A stretch of DNA of 64,000 bases from Nitrosopumilus sp. (GCA_965205215.1 OZ242041.1:640001-704000), one strand, 5' to 3'. Shown: positions 19,010-29,971, counted from the stretch's first letter. Translations and numbers: made by a program. Notes: generated by a model from the letters alone, not told the origin.

Positions 19010-20701
19010 TCAGACGGGCAGCGCGACTCCTGCAAGCCTGTCATAGTACAGCATGCCCGTTATGACCGCCAGCAGCACCCCCGTGTGCAGGCTGTGCAGT
19101 ATGGTGGCGTACCTTATCTGCGAGACTATAACCATCGAGCAGAACGCCCCCACCACGACAAGCACCAGGTTCAGCTCCTCCAGTAGGCCGCCCAGGTCAT
19201 ATCCCAGGTACGAGGCATCCGATACCGTTTCGGCATCCGGGGCGGTGCCCGCCAAAACGTCGAGCGCGGCGAACTGGTCAAAGCTCACCACCGGGATCAT
19301 CATGATCATCATCACCACGATGACGGACCCCATGTACCCGGTCATCAGCGGCGTCGCGGTCTTGGCCGACATCTCCCTTTTGGTCTCAACGTGGTGCGAC
19401 GCGAACAGAGCCAGCCTGTCCAGAACGGCGGGCGTCACGGAGCCACTCCTGGACGCCTGCGCCATCAGCGCCATGACGCAGTCGGCAAGCCACGAGCCCG
19501 TGCGCACGTCCCCGAGCGCCCGGGATATCTCGACGCCCAGCAGGACGCGCGACTTTACTTTGCGCAGGACGCCGTTGAACTGCTCCGTGTACGGGGCCAT
19601 TCCCTCCGTGGATACGAACGCCGCAAAAAAGCTCGGGTTTGAGCGCATCTTCTGGTTGATGTCCCTCACGAACGCGGGCACCGACCTTTCCAGGTTCGAC
19701 ATGCCCGCGAGGCGCCCGCGGGACATGCAGTGGTTTGCTATACACCATACGACAAGCGGGACCGCCGCTGTCTCCCACCACGACATGCCGAGTAAAAGGC
19801 AGGCGGCGCCCGCGGCGCCCGCCGCCGCCACGGGCATCCTGCGGACCGGTATCCTGCCCGCAGGCACGGGGGATGCTGCCGCCGCCCTTGCCACCAGCAC
19901 GGCGGTGACGGCGGGCACCGCCAGGATGCCGGACGCGCACAAAAACAAAAGCGTGTACTGGTCCATCATTATCCCGCCCACCACCACAAATATCGGGAAC
20001 ATCGCCAGCCCGAACGAACCGACCGTGGCAAGCATCTCTGCCGTAGACGCGTACGCGTCCATCCGCTGCTTGGCGGCCGTGTGGTACTCACGGAGCCTCT
20101 CGTGCAGGTATGCCGAGGTGCCGACTCCCCCCGTGGTCTGCGATACCGCATACCCGCGCACAAAGTCCCGGAACGCCGCGGACGGGTGCGTTGCGCCGAG
20201 GTCGTGCAGCACGTCTGCAAACGACCTTGAGAACACCCGCATCTCGCGGCGTATCACCAGTGACTCGCGGTGCATTGCTGGAAACATCGGGCCGCCGCCA
20301 CCGTCCCGGAGCGCCTCAAAGGCTCCGTGCAGCCCGCGGCCAGTCTTCTCCATTATGTCGCAGTATATGGCAAAAAAGAAGAGCTCCGAGTCCGCTCCTG
20401 ACGCCCTCTTGCGCGCGATGTCGCGGAGCCCCATGCCCCTCATGAAGAACAGGACTATAGGGGCAGACAGGAACAGGAGCGCGTACGGCATTCCCGTTAC
20501 TGCATACAGGATTGCAGAGGCGCAGACTGCCGGTATGACACTGAGAAGCGCGGCGCCTACAGATTCCGTGGCCCGCTGGCGCGGGGAGGCCGCGATGCCG
20601 GCTATGGGAATGTCCCGCGAGTAGCGCCCCGCGAGGTACCGGTGCGCCCGCCTGACTATGCCAAGCCTCAGCATGGCGTGCACGGCGCCGCTTGCAATCA
20701 T
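19010..20701 (-). CDS. TadC/PilC/FlaJ-like pilus membrane platform protein
   Basis: Two cytoplasmic helical repeats (ADSELFFF...HPSAAFRDF; LERSVPAFVRDI...GVEISRAL) separated by TM pairs. Confidence 0.8.
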   Translation of the reverse strand: MIASGAVHAMLRLGIVRRAHRYLAGRYSRDIPIAGIAASPRQRATESVGAALLSVIPAVCASAILYAVTGMPYALLFLSAPIVLFFMRGMGLRDIARKRASGADSELFFFAIYCDIMEKTGRGLHGAFEALRDGGGGPMFPAMHRESLVIRREMRVFSRSFADVLHDLGATHPSAAFRDFVRGYAVSQTTGGVGTSAYLHERLREYHTAAKQRMDAYASTAEMLATVGSFGLAMFPIFVVVGGIMMDQYTLLFLCASGILAVPAVTAVLVARAAAASPVPAGRIPVRRMPVAAAGAAGAACLLLGMSWWETAAVPLVVWCIANHCMSRGRLAGMSNLERSVPAFVRDINQKMRSNPSFFAAFVSTEGMAPYTEQFNGVLRKVKSRVLLGVEISRALGDVRTGSWLADCVMALMAQASRSGSVTPAVLDRLALFASHHVETKREMSAKTATPLMTGYMGSVIVVMMIMMIPVVSFDQFAALDVLAGTAPDAETVSDASYLGYDLGGLLEELNLVLVVVGAFCSMVIVSQIRYATILHSLHTGVLLAVITGMLYYDRLAGVALPV

Positions 20702-20734
20702 TCCTGCACTCCCCCCTCCGTCTGCTCCGCGCTG

Positions 20735-23700
20735 CTACGGCCGCGTCCGGGGCGGTCCCCCGCCCCCTTTTGTCACTCCGTCGAGTATCCCTCCGATCAC
20801 GTATGATATGCGCGGGCCCGCCTTCCTGTATGCAATGTATCCCACAGCCGCCGCCGCGGCAGCCAGCACGATATACGTCACGCGCGCATAGTCCGGCTCG
20901 TACACGGCCGCCATTTCTATATCGCGGTGGGCCTGCATGACAAACGAGGACGGCTTGCCGGGCGCCCCCTCCCAGTATGCCAGGCGCTCCGGTATGAGAT
21001 ACGGTATGACGTGGCCCGGCTCCGCCCGCACATGGACGTCGGCCCCGTACGGGTATATGCCGCCGCCCGCGCCGCCCGTCACGAACACCTGCACGCTGTT
21101 CTCATATATGGCGGTGACCGTTACGGTGTCGTCGCCGGGCCCCACGCGTATCGTGTCATAGATGCCGTCGTCGTCCCCGTCAGTAAGGTACCCCCCGCCC
21201 CCGCCGTATACCACGTCAAGCAGTCCGTACCCGGAGTCGATTGTATCCGGAAACTCGAGCCGCAGGTGCTCCGGGTGGCTCAGCACGGCTTCAAACGGCG
21301 TGGCCAGCATGGTGCCGTTGCCCAGCGAGAACTCCACCTCGAGCCCGCTGCCGCCGTCGTCTGATATGGCATCGACCTGTAGCAGGACCGCCATCTCCGA
21401 GTGCACCGGTACGGACACGGCGCCGGGCTCGAACCCGTCGAGGTGGCCCCGCACCACGATGACGGCGTCGCCCTGGGTGGCGGGGGTGACCCGGAACACC
21501 CCGGGGGCGGTCTGCTCCACGGGCCAGGGCGAGTCTGTCACCTCGTATGATATGGGCGGGGCGCGTGCGGCGCCTGCCGCGCCATCGCCACCATTGTTTT
21601 CACCCGCGGGCGGCGGGGCACCGATCGTCGTAATGGCAGTAACCGGAGACGCCACGCGGATCTCAAACGGCTCGCCCGCGGCGACCCGCGGCGGGGCGTC
21701 GGCCGTGAGGTTCATGAGATTGAGAAACGAGACAATTTCTTTCTGGATGCCGCCCCCCAAAGAATGCAGGACCCCGACCGTGTGGGAGCCGGCCCCCAAT
21801 ACGGCGGCCGCCGTCCCGTTGCTGTACAGGAATCCCGTGGCCGCGGCGGCCGAAGGCGTTATGTCGCCTCCCTCTTCTGCCGACGATACTGCCGCGCCCA
21901 CCCTCTCCACCGGCACCCCGAACGGGTCCACCGTGTGGACCGCGACCGGAAAGTTTTCGCCCGAGTGCACCACGGACGGCACGGCCATCTCTATGGAGAC
22001 CGGGACGCCGCCAGGCGTTATGGTGCCGCGCGCGGGGCCCGCCGCCCCGGGGCTGCCCTCCAGAGTGGCGACCACGTCCGTCTCCCCCGTGACTGCGCCG
22101 TATATGACGGCCGTGTTCGATGATGACGACGACAGCGCGCCGACCGCCACGTTCTCGACGCGCCCGTCCCCAAAGGCCGCGGATATGGTCCTGTCCCGCC
22201 CGAACTCGTCGTATACGTCTATTATCCGGCCCTTGCCGTCCGTAATGCTTGCCACATACAGCGGTTGCACTGTACCGAGCGCGGCGGGGACCGAGACGAG
22301 CTGCAGGCGGTAGTCGGCCTCGTACGGGGCGGCCACGCGGAGAGTGCCGGTGTCCGTACGGCCCCCCGAGGTCACGCTGACGTCGTACGCGCCCTCGCGG
22401 CCCGCTGATATCGGAAAGTCGTACGCGTTGGTGTACCTGGTCGGGTGGGCTATATGGACGGGCTGGACGAGTATGTCCCCGTGCGGCGCGGCCACCGTCA
22501 CGCGGTGGTAGTCCGTCCTTGCCGGGATCATCCGGGTGTACTCGGACTCCGTGTCTATTTTGGTGCCGTTCTCGTCGTATGTGACCGTGTGCACGGTCTC
22601 CGTCTCCAGGTGGTAAAAGCCGACCGTCCCGCGCGCGGCGTGGCTGGTCACGTCGGGATATATCCAGAACCGCACGTGGTTTGCGGGGGGCTGGTCCGGC
22701 AGCTCCCGCGGGAGCTTCGGGATGCTATGGTGCCCGCCATGTACGGCAGCACTGGCGTGCTCGCCTATGATGCGCTGCGCGTACTCCCGGAACGTCTCGA
22801 CGGTACTGCCGCCGCATCCGGCCGCTGCCGCTGCCGCCGCCGCCGCGGTGCCGGCTCCCGCGGCGCCGGTGTCGCGCGCCGCCGTGCCGTTTTCGGGGAT
22901 CTGCAGGGTACCGTCGTCGTCGTCGTCGGCGGCATGGTCGGCGCCGCCATTTGCATCGCCAAACACGACAGCGCCAACACATACCTGGGCGGACGCGACG
23001 CCGTACCCCGGTATCGTCGCGGTCAAAACGGCATGCCCGGGCTCCAGTCCCGCATAGGCCACGCCCCGGGCCACGCCGTTGCGCACCACGATCGTGTCGG
23101 AGCTTGCGTCCTTGTTTGCAGGAACGTTTTCGGTCAGCCGGATCACGTCCACGTCCGTGGTCTGGAGCTCGCCGCGTATCGTGCGCGGCGGGTGGAAGGG
23201 GCTGCCCCCTGCCGCACCATCGTCACCATCCCCGCCCTTTTCCATCCATATCACATAGTGTATGACGCCCCCCTGCAGTACCACGTCGGGCACGGCCGCC
23301 ACGTGGACGCTGACCGCGTCCCGGTCGTACGCGATGCGCTCCGTATCGGACTCCAGCCCCGCGGCCGCCGCCGTTATAGAGCCGGACCCGTTGACCTGCA
23401 GCGCGAACGCCGCGTGGGCCTGCCCCTCCGCTATGGAAACGATCCGGGGGGCGCCTACCATGCCGGATGCCACCACCCGAACGTCCGTGTCCCGTACCGC
23501 CTGCACCGGATACCCGTTCCCGTCAAGTACCATCACGACTGCCGTGACATCGGACGCGGACGTCAGGTTGCCCGGCATGACCAGGTCCAGGCTCCGGGGG
23601 CCCGTATACGGCGAGAACACGGTGCCGCCTGCCATTCCCACGTCTCCCGCGTGGGCGGCGTGCACCTCTGCGGGGCCGCTCCGGACCGCCCGTATCTCAA

Positions 23701-24013
23701 AGAGGCCGTGGTTCATGCCGGGCGGTATGGTCGTAGTATCTGGTATTCTGACGGACGCGGAGCCGGTTGCCAGATGTATGGTGCGGTCGGACAGCATGCC
23801 AAAGGGCGCGGGCCTGTCGGTTACGGCGACCCCCTGGTACGTCTGGCCCGCGATCATCTTGTCCGGTATGTGCAGGTAGAGCGCGGCTTCTGCCCGGGCC
23901 GCTCCAAACGAAGTGACGTGCCCGCCGCCGGCAGCCGCGTCCATAAGGGTAAGAAAGGAGACCGCGGCGGCGCATATCGCCATCAAAAAGTACGCTGCCT
24001 GCCGCGATCTCAC
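20735..24013 (-). CDS. Large secreted multi-Ig-like protein with C-terminal membrane anchor
   Basis: Signal peptide FLMAICAAAVSFLTLM; beta-rich body; InlB-B-repeat-like GGGIYPYG...AYWEG; TM plus RK. Start moved from 24388 because of the divergent gene at 24184. Confidence 0.7.
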   Translation of the reverse strand: MRSRQAAYFLMAICAAAVSFLTLMDAAAGGGHVTSFGAARAEAALYLHIPDKMIAGQTYQGVAVTDRPAPFGMLSDRTIHLATGSASVRIPDTTTIPPGMNHGLFEIRAVRSGPAEVHAAHAGDVGMAGGTVFSPYTGPRSLDLVMPGNLTSASDVTAVVMVLDGNGYPVQAVRDTDVRVVASGMVGAPRIVSIAEGQAHAAFALQVNGSGSITAAAAGLESDTERIAYDRDAVSVHVAAVPDVVLQGGVIHYVIWMEKGGDGDDGAAGGSPFHPPRTIRGELQTTDVDVIRLTENVPANKDASSDTIVVRNGVARGVAYAGLEPGHAVLTATIPGYGVASAQVCVGAVVFGDANGGADHAADDDDDGTLQIPENGTAARDTGAAGAGTAAAAAAAAAGCGGSTVETFREYAQRIIGEHASAAVHGGHHSIPKLPRELPDQPPANHVRFWIYPDVTSHAARGTVGFYHLETETVHTVTYDENGTKIDTESEYTRMIPARTDYHRVTVAAPHGDILVQPVHIAHPTRYTNAYDFPISAGREGAYDVSVTSGGRTDTGTLRVAAPYEADYRLQLVSVPAALGTVQPLYVASITDGKGRIIDVYDEFGRDRTISAAFGDGRVENVAVGALSSSSSNTAVIYGAVTGETDVVATLEGSPGAAGPARGTITPGGVPVSIEMAVPSVVHSGENFPVAVHTVDPFGVPVERVGAAVSSAEEGGDITPSAAAATGFLYSNGTAAAVLGAGSHTVGVLHSLGGGIQKEIVSFLNLMNLTADAPPRVAAGEPFEIRVASPVTAITTIGAPPPAGENNGGDGAAGAARAPPISYEVTDSPWPVEQTAPGVFRVTPATQGDAVIVVRGHLDGFEPGAVSVPVHSEMAVLLQVDAISDDGGSGLEVEFSLGNGTMLATPFEAVLSHPEHLRLEFPDTIDSGYGLLDVVYGGGGGYLTDGDDDGIYDTIRVGPGDDTVTVTAIYENSVQVFVTGGAGGGIYPYGADVHVRAEPGHVIPYLIPERLAYWEGAPGKPSSFVMQAHRDIEMAAVYEPDYARVTYIVLAAAAAAVGYIAYRKAGPRISYVIGGILDGVTKGGGGPPRTRP

Positions 24014-24183
24014 GACATGTGGATTCCGAATCTGATAAAAGGCGGCACGCGCGGCGGTGATGCGGTACCGTCGCGCATCATGCCCCCGTGCGGTCGCGTA
24101 TGTATTGCCGATGAGCGTCCCATTGTTGCCGCCGTGCTCTTTGTGATCTAAGCTTTTAAAATGGATGCGGCGAAAACCTGCCC

Positions 24184-24894
24184 ATGACAGATGTAACATG
24201 TGGTTGTACCACACAGGCCGAGAACAATACTGAATGTGACTGCACTGTACAATCTGAGTGTGTTTGCGACGCAACATGTGATTGCAACGGAGATATCTGC
24301 AAGACTGGCCCCATCCGCAGTCCGCTCCCCCCTTGCGATGTTTGCGGCAGATACTGCAGTGGAGATATCTGTCATGCCAACCCCACACGCTTGAATGCGC
24401 AGAAGGCGGATGCCATGCTCATAGAGCTCAAGTACGAGGAGCAGGAGACGCGTCGGCAACAGCTTCTAGAGGCACACAAGTACTACAGTCAACAGGCTCG
24501 CAAATACGAGGAGCAGGAGACGCGGCGGCAACGACAGCATGCACAGAAGGCGGATTCTATAACCACAGAGCGTAGCGGAGATAACTGTCATACTAACCCC
24601 GTCCGTGGGGCCGAAGCCCCGAACGGGGAGGCGCCGTCAAAGAAGCTCGAGGTGTCGACAACCAATAGCGACAACGACAGCAATGCCAAGGAACGGCTCC
24701 ATCCCAGCCTGACCATCAAGAACACGTTTGCGCCCAACCTTGGCAACGAGTGGCTGTCCCCCGCCGGCGTGATACAGGCCGTAAAGTACCACTTTGCAAA
24801 GTGGGAGGACGTCCCGCCGGATGTCCAAAAGCAGATTCACGACTACATCAAGAGCCAGGAAGAGAAGGGGCTCGCCCCCGGGGACACACGATAG
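24184..24894 (+). CDS. Protein with metallothionein-like Cys-rich N-terminus
   Basis: CGC...CDC...CVC...CDC...C (13 Cys in the first 63 aa); TATA TTTTAAAA about 25 nt upstream. Confidence 0.65.
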   Translation: MTDVTCGCTTQAENNTECDCTVQSECVCDATCDCNGDICKTGPIRSPLPPCDVCGRYCSGDICHANPTRLNAQKADAMLIELKYEEQETRRQQLLEAHKYYSQQARKYEEQETRRQRQHAQKADSITTERSGDNCHTNPVRGAEAPNGEAPSKKLEVSTTNSDNDSNAKERLHPSLTIKNTFAPNLGNEWLSPAGVIQAVKYHFAKWEDVPPDVQKQIHDYIKSQEEKGLAPGDTR

Positions 24895-25407
24895 GTTCAG
24901 GCGCCTGGATGAATAAAGACAGCCGGCGACGATTCCAATCACAATAGTTTATTTCCTATATTTTGATGTGGTTTTTGTCACACATGGCGAGTGCCCTGAC
25001 CGTAGGCCAGCACTTTGACGCTTTGGAGAGCTCTGCTGGCGAGTGGGTACCAGACGCCCGAGCACGTGCTTGGCGAACAACGCATCGGCAACAAGAAGGA
25101 CATGGAGGAGCCACCGGGGAGGAGGAAGTAGACTTCACGAATCTGATGCCCGACAAGCGGGGCAAGCAGGACAATGACGGTACTGATTTCACGTCGCAGA
25201 TCCACAAGGACAAGACCGGCAGCAATAAGTCGGCCGCACTCAGGTTCATGCCTGTCAAATTTCAAAATACTGACGAATAGGCACGAATTTTCAAGGGGCC
25301 TGTTGCAAATTCGTGAGCAAGACACGGCCGTCAAAACGGCGATCTGGCTACCGGAAGATCTGCCGAAACCACTCCGGCGCGCGCCTGTTTTGTATCGTCA
25401 ACGTCGC

Positions 25408-25764
25408 TCACAAGAGATCATAACGGAGGCCCTTTAGAAGCCACTCCAGTGCGCGCCTGTTTTGCCCGGGGCTTCCCATGCGGTAGAACCGCGCCCGAAC
25501 CGAACTGTCGTATTTGAAGTGATCCATGTATGCTACGTATAGGTCGGGCAGCCAACGCCGCACTTGGCCGAGCGCGAGTCCTTGGTGTATGGGCTCTATC
25601 CTCATCCACCCCTTGATTATGCGCTCTGCGCCCTTCACCTCCCAGTCCCCGTATGCAATTTCCGGGAACGCCTCTGAGGCCTCCCAGTACTTTGCAAGGG
25701 ACTCGTCTATGGCCTTGATTAGCGTGTCCTCGTAACCACCGTAGAGGATTTCGCTTTTGCGCAT
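25408..25764 (-). CDS. Hypothetical protein
   Basis: 118 aa; TATA CTTTATA about 25 nt upstream. Confidence 0.6.
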   Translation of the reverse strand: MRKSEILYGGYEDTLIKAIDESLAKYWEASEAFPEIAYGDWEVKGAERIIKGWMRIEPIHQGLALGQVRRWLPDLYVAYMDHFKYDSSVRARFYRMGSPGQNRRALEWLLKGLRYDLL

Positions 25765-26102
25765 GCCCCATATGTGCGCGTGTGGGCAATATAAAGCGGC
25801 CCGTTAGCCAGCGACAACGGATTCTCGTAGCATGCGCCCAGATCCCATTCTCCCTTCTCAATCACGGCAGTGCGCGGCGGTGCTTTCTCATCTCGTTACA
25901 CAGACTGCACGGTAATACTATTTGAGATGTGGCTGGTGCCGCCGTCCGCCCGTGGCGCGCCGCAGTCCGATCCCAAATGTCCGGGATCATGAAAGACCCG
26001 GCCGCGGCCCCGGCTCGCGCAACCATGCCCGCGGAGGCGGTGGGTGCAACCGCGCGGAAACCCAGCGTCACAACCGTTATCAGCGCACGCGCCAAATGGG
26101 GC

Positions 26103-27260
26103 ATGCATGACATCCGGCACCCTTGCCAAGACGTACCAGAGAGCGGGCAGGGAGTGGACGCGCCCGGAAGTTTACGACATACTGGAGCATGCGGCGGGCA
26201 TGCCAAAAAGCAGGGGGTCAGGTTCGGGATAGGCGAGGATGACGCGGGGCGCATAATTGCATGCCCCGAGGAGTCGTTGCCGCGCGACGTCCTGAGGGTA
26301 TGCAGCGCCGCAACCCCGAAATCAGCCGGCCGCCAGGGTACGGAACGGGAGATCGAGTCCTACTCGAGCTGCGGCCTGTCATACGCCGATGAGCGCCTGC
26401 AGGTCGATGATGCGGCTTCAGGGGTTCTTGGCCACCTCGAATACGGAATCGCAGAGAACGGCCCCTTGCTGGACATGACGATGGGCCTCGAACAGCTGAG
26501 TGCGGCATTGGAGAGCACAAGCCGCATACAAAAAAGGCGCGGCGGCAGGCTCATCTGCGACATCAAGCGCAGCCGCAGGGACAAGCACTATGAGCACGTA
26601 GTGGCCATAGCACAAATGTCCAAAAGGCCGGAATTCGTAGAGCCCCTCGCGGCGGTGATTTCAGACGACGGGGTGTCCATGCTCAACAGGCCCCAACACG
26701 CGGCGCGTCTAAGGCCGGGTTCGCGCAGCGGCGATCCGGACAACAAAGCGTGGCGCGACATGACGATGCGCATAACAGACAGAATATACCATGGCGGATG
26801 GAGGTTTGCAACCCTCCTTTATGGGGTGCTGGAGACGGGCAGAATAGGCACCAAAGTTCTGCAAGACGAGATGGCCGACATGGCAACAATATGCAGGGCC
26901 CGTGTACGCGACGAGAGCGACACAATACGGATAAGCGTTAACAGGTATGGCCACCTGCTATGCGCATACTGGCCTGACAGAGGCAGGGCGGCAGATACCG
27001 CCAGCATTACCATCGACTCCAAAAGCCTCTGGGACGGAGACAGGATTTCAAAAGGCGCGGTCGCGAAATCCGCCCAATACGTGGTGCGGAAATTCTCAAG
27101 ACTGCAGCCGTTCATGCCGTGCCCTTATGAACCGGTCGGATACCCCAGCTTCCCGGGGCCGGAGGAAAACTATCCCTCGCCACCCGCCCCGCCTCCCGGC
27201 GGACCGGCCACGCTTCCCATTGTTCGCCATGACTTGCCCTCCGTCGAAATGAGATGGTGA
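26103..27260 (+). CDS. Hypothetical protein
   Basis: Long ORF with protein-like C-terminal two-thirds; start uncertain (open from 25929). Confidence 0.5.
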   Translation: MHDIRHPCQDVPESGQGVDAPGSLRHTGACGGHAKKQGVRFGIGEDDAGRIIACPEESLPRDVLRVCSAATPKSAGRQGTEREIESYSSCGLSYADERLQVDDAASGVLGHLEYGIAENGPLLDMTMGLEQLSAALESTSRIQKRRGGRLICDIKRSRRDKHYEHVVAIAQMSKRPEFVEPLAAVISDDGVSMLNRPQHAARLRPGSRSGDPDNKAWRDMTMRITDRIYHGGWRFATLLYGVLETGRIGTKVLQDEMADMATICRARVRDESDTIRISVNRYGHLLCAYWPDRGRAADTASITIDSKSLWDGDRISKGAVAKSAQYVVRKFSRLQPFMPCPYEPVGYPSFPGPEENYPSPPAPPPGGPATLPIVRHDLPSVEMRW

Positions 27261-27350
27261 TGCCGCAGGACATCAAACGGTGGAAGATTGGCACATGCCC
27301 ATGATGGCAGTGCCTGACCGGCACCAGTAACGCAGCCCGCGGCCTGGCCG

Positions 27351-28808
27351 CTACTCGCTCAGCCTGCCCACCGTGAGTATCGTATCGCCCACGTCCACGC
27401 CGACGTGCGACGAGGCCGGCGCGCCGCCTGAAAACCCGCGGGGGCTGTAAGACAGGGAGATCCTGCCGTTGACCGTTATGACGTCCCCCGCCTCCACGTC
27501 GGCCTCAAGCCACCCGTCCAGCTGGCCGCCGTATGCCCACTCGGCCTCTATGTCCCCGGTCAGCCGGTACAGGCAGTTGTAGTAGTACGTCTCAAAGCCC
27601 GTCCTTGCCAGCTCCACGTCCCTTGCAAAGGACTCGGCGGGCGCGGCCGTCCCCAGCGGGGCGGACTGGACGGTCAGTCCGCCGTTCTGCATGCGCACGG
27701 ACGCGGAGAACACGGGTTTGGGCATGCCGTCCTCCCACGACTTGAGCCGGTCGTCCACGGTATCGTGGAACTCGGAGAGGCAGTCGCACGGGCTGGTCGA
27801 GTGGGCCCCGCTGTCCGTACATCGAAAGTCCGCACCAAAGTCGTATGCGGCGCCGGCCGCCCCCGTGTACGGCGTCTCGACGCGGATCGCCATCTTGCCC
27901 GCATACGGGGCAGTTACGCTGCCGCTTATCGGAAACGTCACCCTAACGTCATAGTCCGCGTTGCTCCGGACCATCTGGAACACGTCAGGATGGCCCTGCA
28001 GCTGTGCGATGCCCGCCGGATATGCGGGCGCGCCCGGGTCGTGCCCGAAGTTGGAGCAGGGCTCGTACTGGTGGTGGCGGCCCGGCTTGATCTTCTCGCC
28101 CGCCTCCCAGTAATACCACGCGGGGCTCCCGGCAGGCCTCGGTATCGCGCCACCGAGCCCGCTGTCGGACACCAGAAAGGGGGTGTCGTATATGATGTGC
28201 TTCTCCCATCTGGTGTACCACGACTCCCCGGGCTTGACGTACGGGACCTTGCAGTATGTGCTGCTGTCCGAGTGGTGGTACGCGACTACCGTGTCGGCCC
28301 CCCTCTGGCTTGCCGAGCCCCCGTCCAGGCTCATGACTGCCACGTGTCCAAACGAGTTTTCGGGAACGCCCTGCGCCGGCGGCGGAGCGGCCCGTTCAAT
28401 CGTGAATACCACGCCCTGCGCCGTCACGCCCCGGAACGCGTAATCCTCGTCGCCCAGCAGGGCCGCCATGCCGCCGGGGAGCGGTGTGCCCGTCAGGTTG
28501 TGTGTCCGGTACGCGGGTACCGTATGGTTGACGTGCCATGCGTCAGACAGCGTCCCGTTCTCGTAGCTACGGAACTGGATCACGGTCACGTCTTTCGCGA
28601 TGTTGTTGGTGATTACTACGTGCGCGCCGTCATGGATCTCGCCGTACACGTGTGACGATGACGCAGACGGGCCGGACGCCCCCGCCGCCCTCTCCAGCAT
28701 CTCCCGCTGGATCTCCCCGAGCTCGGCCTGCTGCTCGAGCCCCGCGTATATGCCGTACAGCCCCAGGGTTATCAGCGACACCATCCCGATGACTATGATT
28801 GGGTTCAT
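27351..28808 (-). CDS. N-terminally anchored pilin-like/adhesin protein
   Basis: MNPIIVIGMVSLITLGLYGIYA helix then VVITNN pilin-like strand; shares a Trp/Cys module with the 1029-4187 protein. Confidence 0.7.
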   Translation of the reverse strand: MNPIIVIGMVSLITLGLYGIYAGLEQQAELGEIQREMLERAAGASGPSASSSHVYGEIHDGAHVVITNNIAKDVTVIQFRSYENGTLSDAWHVNHTVPAYRTHNLTGTPLPGGMAALLGDEDYAFRGVTAQGVVFTIERAAPPPAQGVPENSFGHVAVMSLDGGSASQRGADTVVAYHHSDSSTYCKVPYVKPGESWYTRWEKHIIYDTPFLVSDSGLGGAIPRPAGSPAWYYWEAGEKIKPGRHHQYEPCSNFGHDPGAPAYPAGIAQLQGHPDVFQMVRSNADYDVRVTFPISGSVTAPYAGKMAIRVETPYTGAAGAAYDFGADFRCTDSGAHSTSPCDCLSEFHDTVDDRLKSWEDGMPKPVFSASVRMQNGGLTVQSAPLGTAAPAESFARDVELARTGFETYYYNCLYRLTGDIEAEWAYGGQLDGWLEADVEAGDVITVNGRISLSYSPRGFSGGAPASSHVGVDVGDTILTVGRLSE

Positions 28809-28817
28809 GGGCCATGG

Positions 28818-29621
28818 TCACCTGACAAGCGCATACTCGTGCATGATCCTCGGATCCTCAGATATGCTGCGGGGGTCGTGCCACCTGCTGTACTCTGGAA
28901 ACGGCATGCCGGATACAATGACGGTCCGCGACTCTGCTGTCGTGTCATATCCGAGTATGGACTTGTCCCCGGCCCGGGAGGTAATAGAGAGTGGCACGCT
29001 GTAAAAGTACGCGTCAATGTCCCCCCAGTGCGCCCCCACCTGTAGGCTTTGTTCCCCGTACGGGGCCAGGTGCAGCACCGTATTCTGGATGGAGTCCGCG
29101 AGCCACACGTCCCATGCGGACGTGGGATGCACGGTCATCGTATTATGGGCAAGGAGCATCACGGTGCTCCTGTTGTCAAAGCCCACGTCCATTATCCAGA
29201 CGGGGCCGTACGCGTGGTGCGCCATGCCGTGCACGAAATCCATGCGCAGCGTATAGCAGGGGTTCGGGTGGGTCGCCTCATATGCGTGCATGCTGTTGCA
29301 TATCTCGTACGTGTAGGAGTCGCCCGCCGCTAGGTTCCCGCCCAGCCGCCAGGTCGGGGGCGGGGAGGAGGGGGAGGCAGAGGGTGGCGTCGCCGCCGGC
29401 CCGCCGCCGTGCGATCCGGGCCCCGTGCCGGGATCGGCCGCGGACGGAACGGTATCCACCGCTGCTGCTGCTGCTGCTGCCGCCGCCGCCGCGGCCGCGC
29501 CAATGCACAGCAGGACCGCCGCCGCGGCCGCGCAGGCAAGTAATAAGGCAAAAGGGGCGCGGCGGCCGGGGGCGCGGGGCGCCAGGTTCCACGCGTATGT
29601 GACAACAGGGTGTCGGCTCAC
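28818..29621 (-). CDS. Secreted hypothetical protein
   Basis: Signal peptide then WRLGGNLAAGDSYTYEIC domain; operonic with the 27351-28808 gene. Confidence 0.65.
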   Translation of the reverse strand: MSRHPVVTYAWNLAPRAPGRRAPFALLLACAAAAAVLLCIGAAAAAAAAAAAAAVDTVPSAADPGTGPGSHGGGPAATPPSASPSSPPPTWRLGGNLAAGDSYTYEICNSMHAYEATHPNPCYTLRMDFVHGMAHHAYGPVWIMDVGFDNRSTVMLLAHNTMTVHPTSAWDVWLADSIQNTVLHLAPYGEQSLQVGAHWGDIDAYFYSVPLSITSRAGDKSILGYDTTAESRTVIVSGMPFPEYSRWHDPRSISEDPRIMHEYALVR

Positions 29622-29971
29622 TGTCTGTAAGGCCGCTTTTTGTTAAAAGTACGGATTTTCAGAATCGGGAGGCGCGGCCGGTTCGCGGCAGATGCGCGCC
29701 ATGGCGGTGGCCGCAGGGTCGGCCGCATGGCGGTGCGCAACGCGGCCCCGGCGCCACGTTACCCGCAAACTTTCATAGCGCACTATGAAAGTTTGCGGGT
29801 AACCTACCAGTTACGTGCAGGGCAGGCGGGCCGTTCCGGCGCCCCGTCCTGCGGCGGCAACAGAAATGACTTGGCGGCTGCCCGGGACATGTTCTGTCAG
29901 GCCCTGCATGTTACAAACCCGGCGCGCGGGGGCCGCCCGGTATGCGGCCGCCGCCGTAAAACACGCGGCGG

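Noticed and set aside
19053-24151. Long antisense ORFs (e.g. 19053-20624, 21162-22313, 22445-24151; also 10809-11960, 40787-41977, 43639-44979, 62252-63394)
   Set aside because: These are shadow frames opposite well-supported genes in high-GC DNA, with no recognisable motifs.
24956-25334. Short ORFs between 24894 and 25408
   Set aside because: No motif or clear promoter; probably decayed mobile-element DNA.
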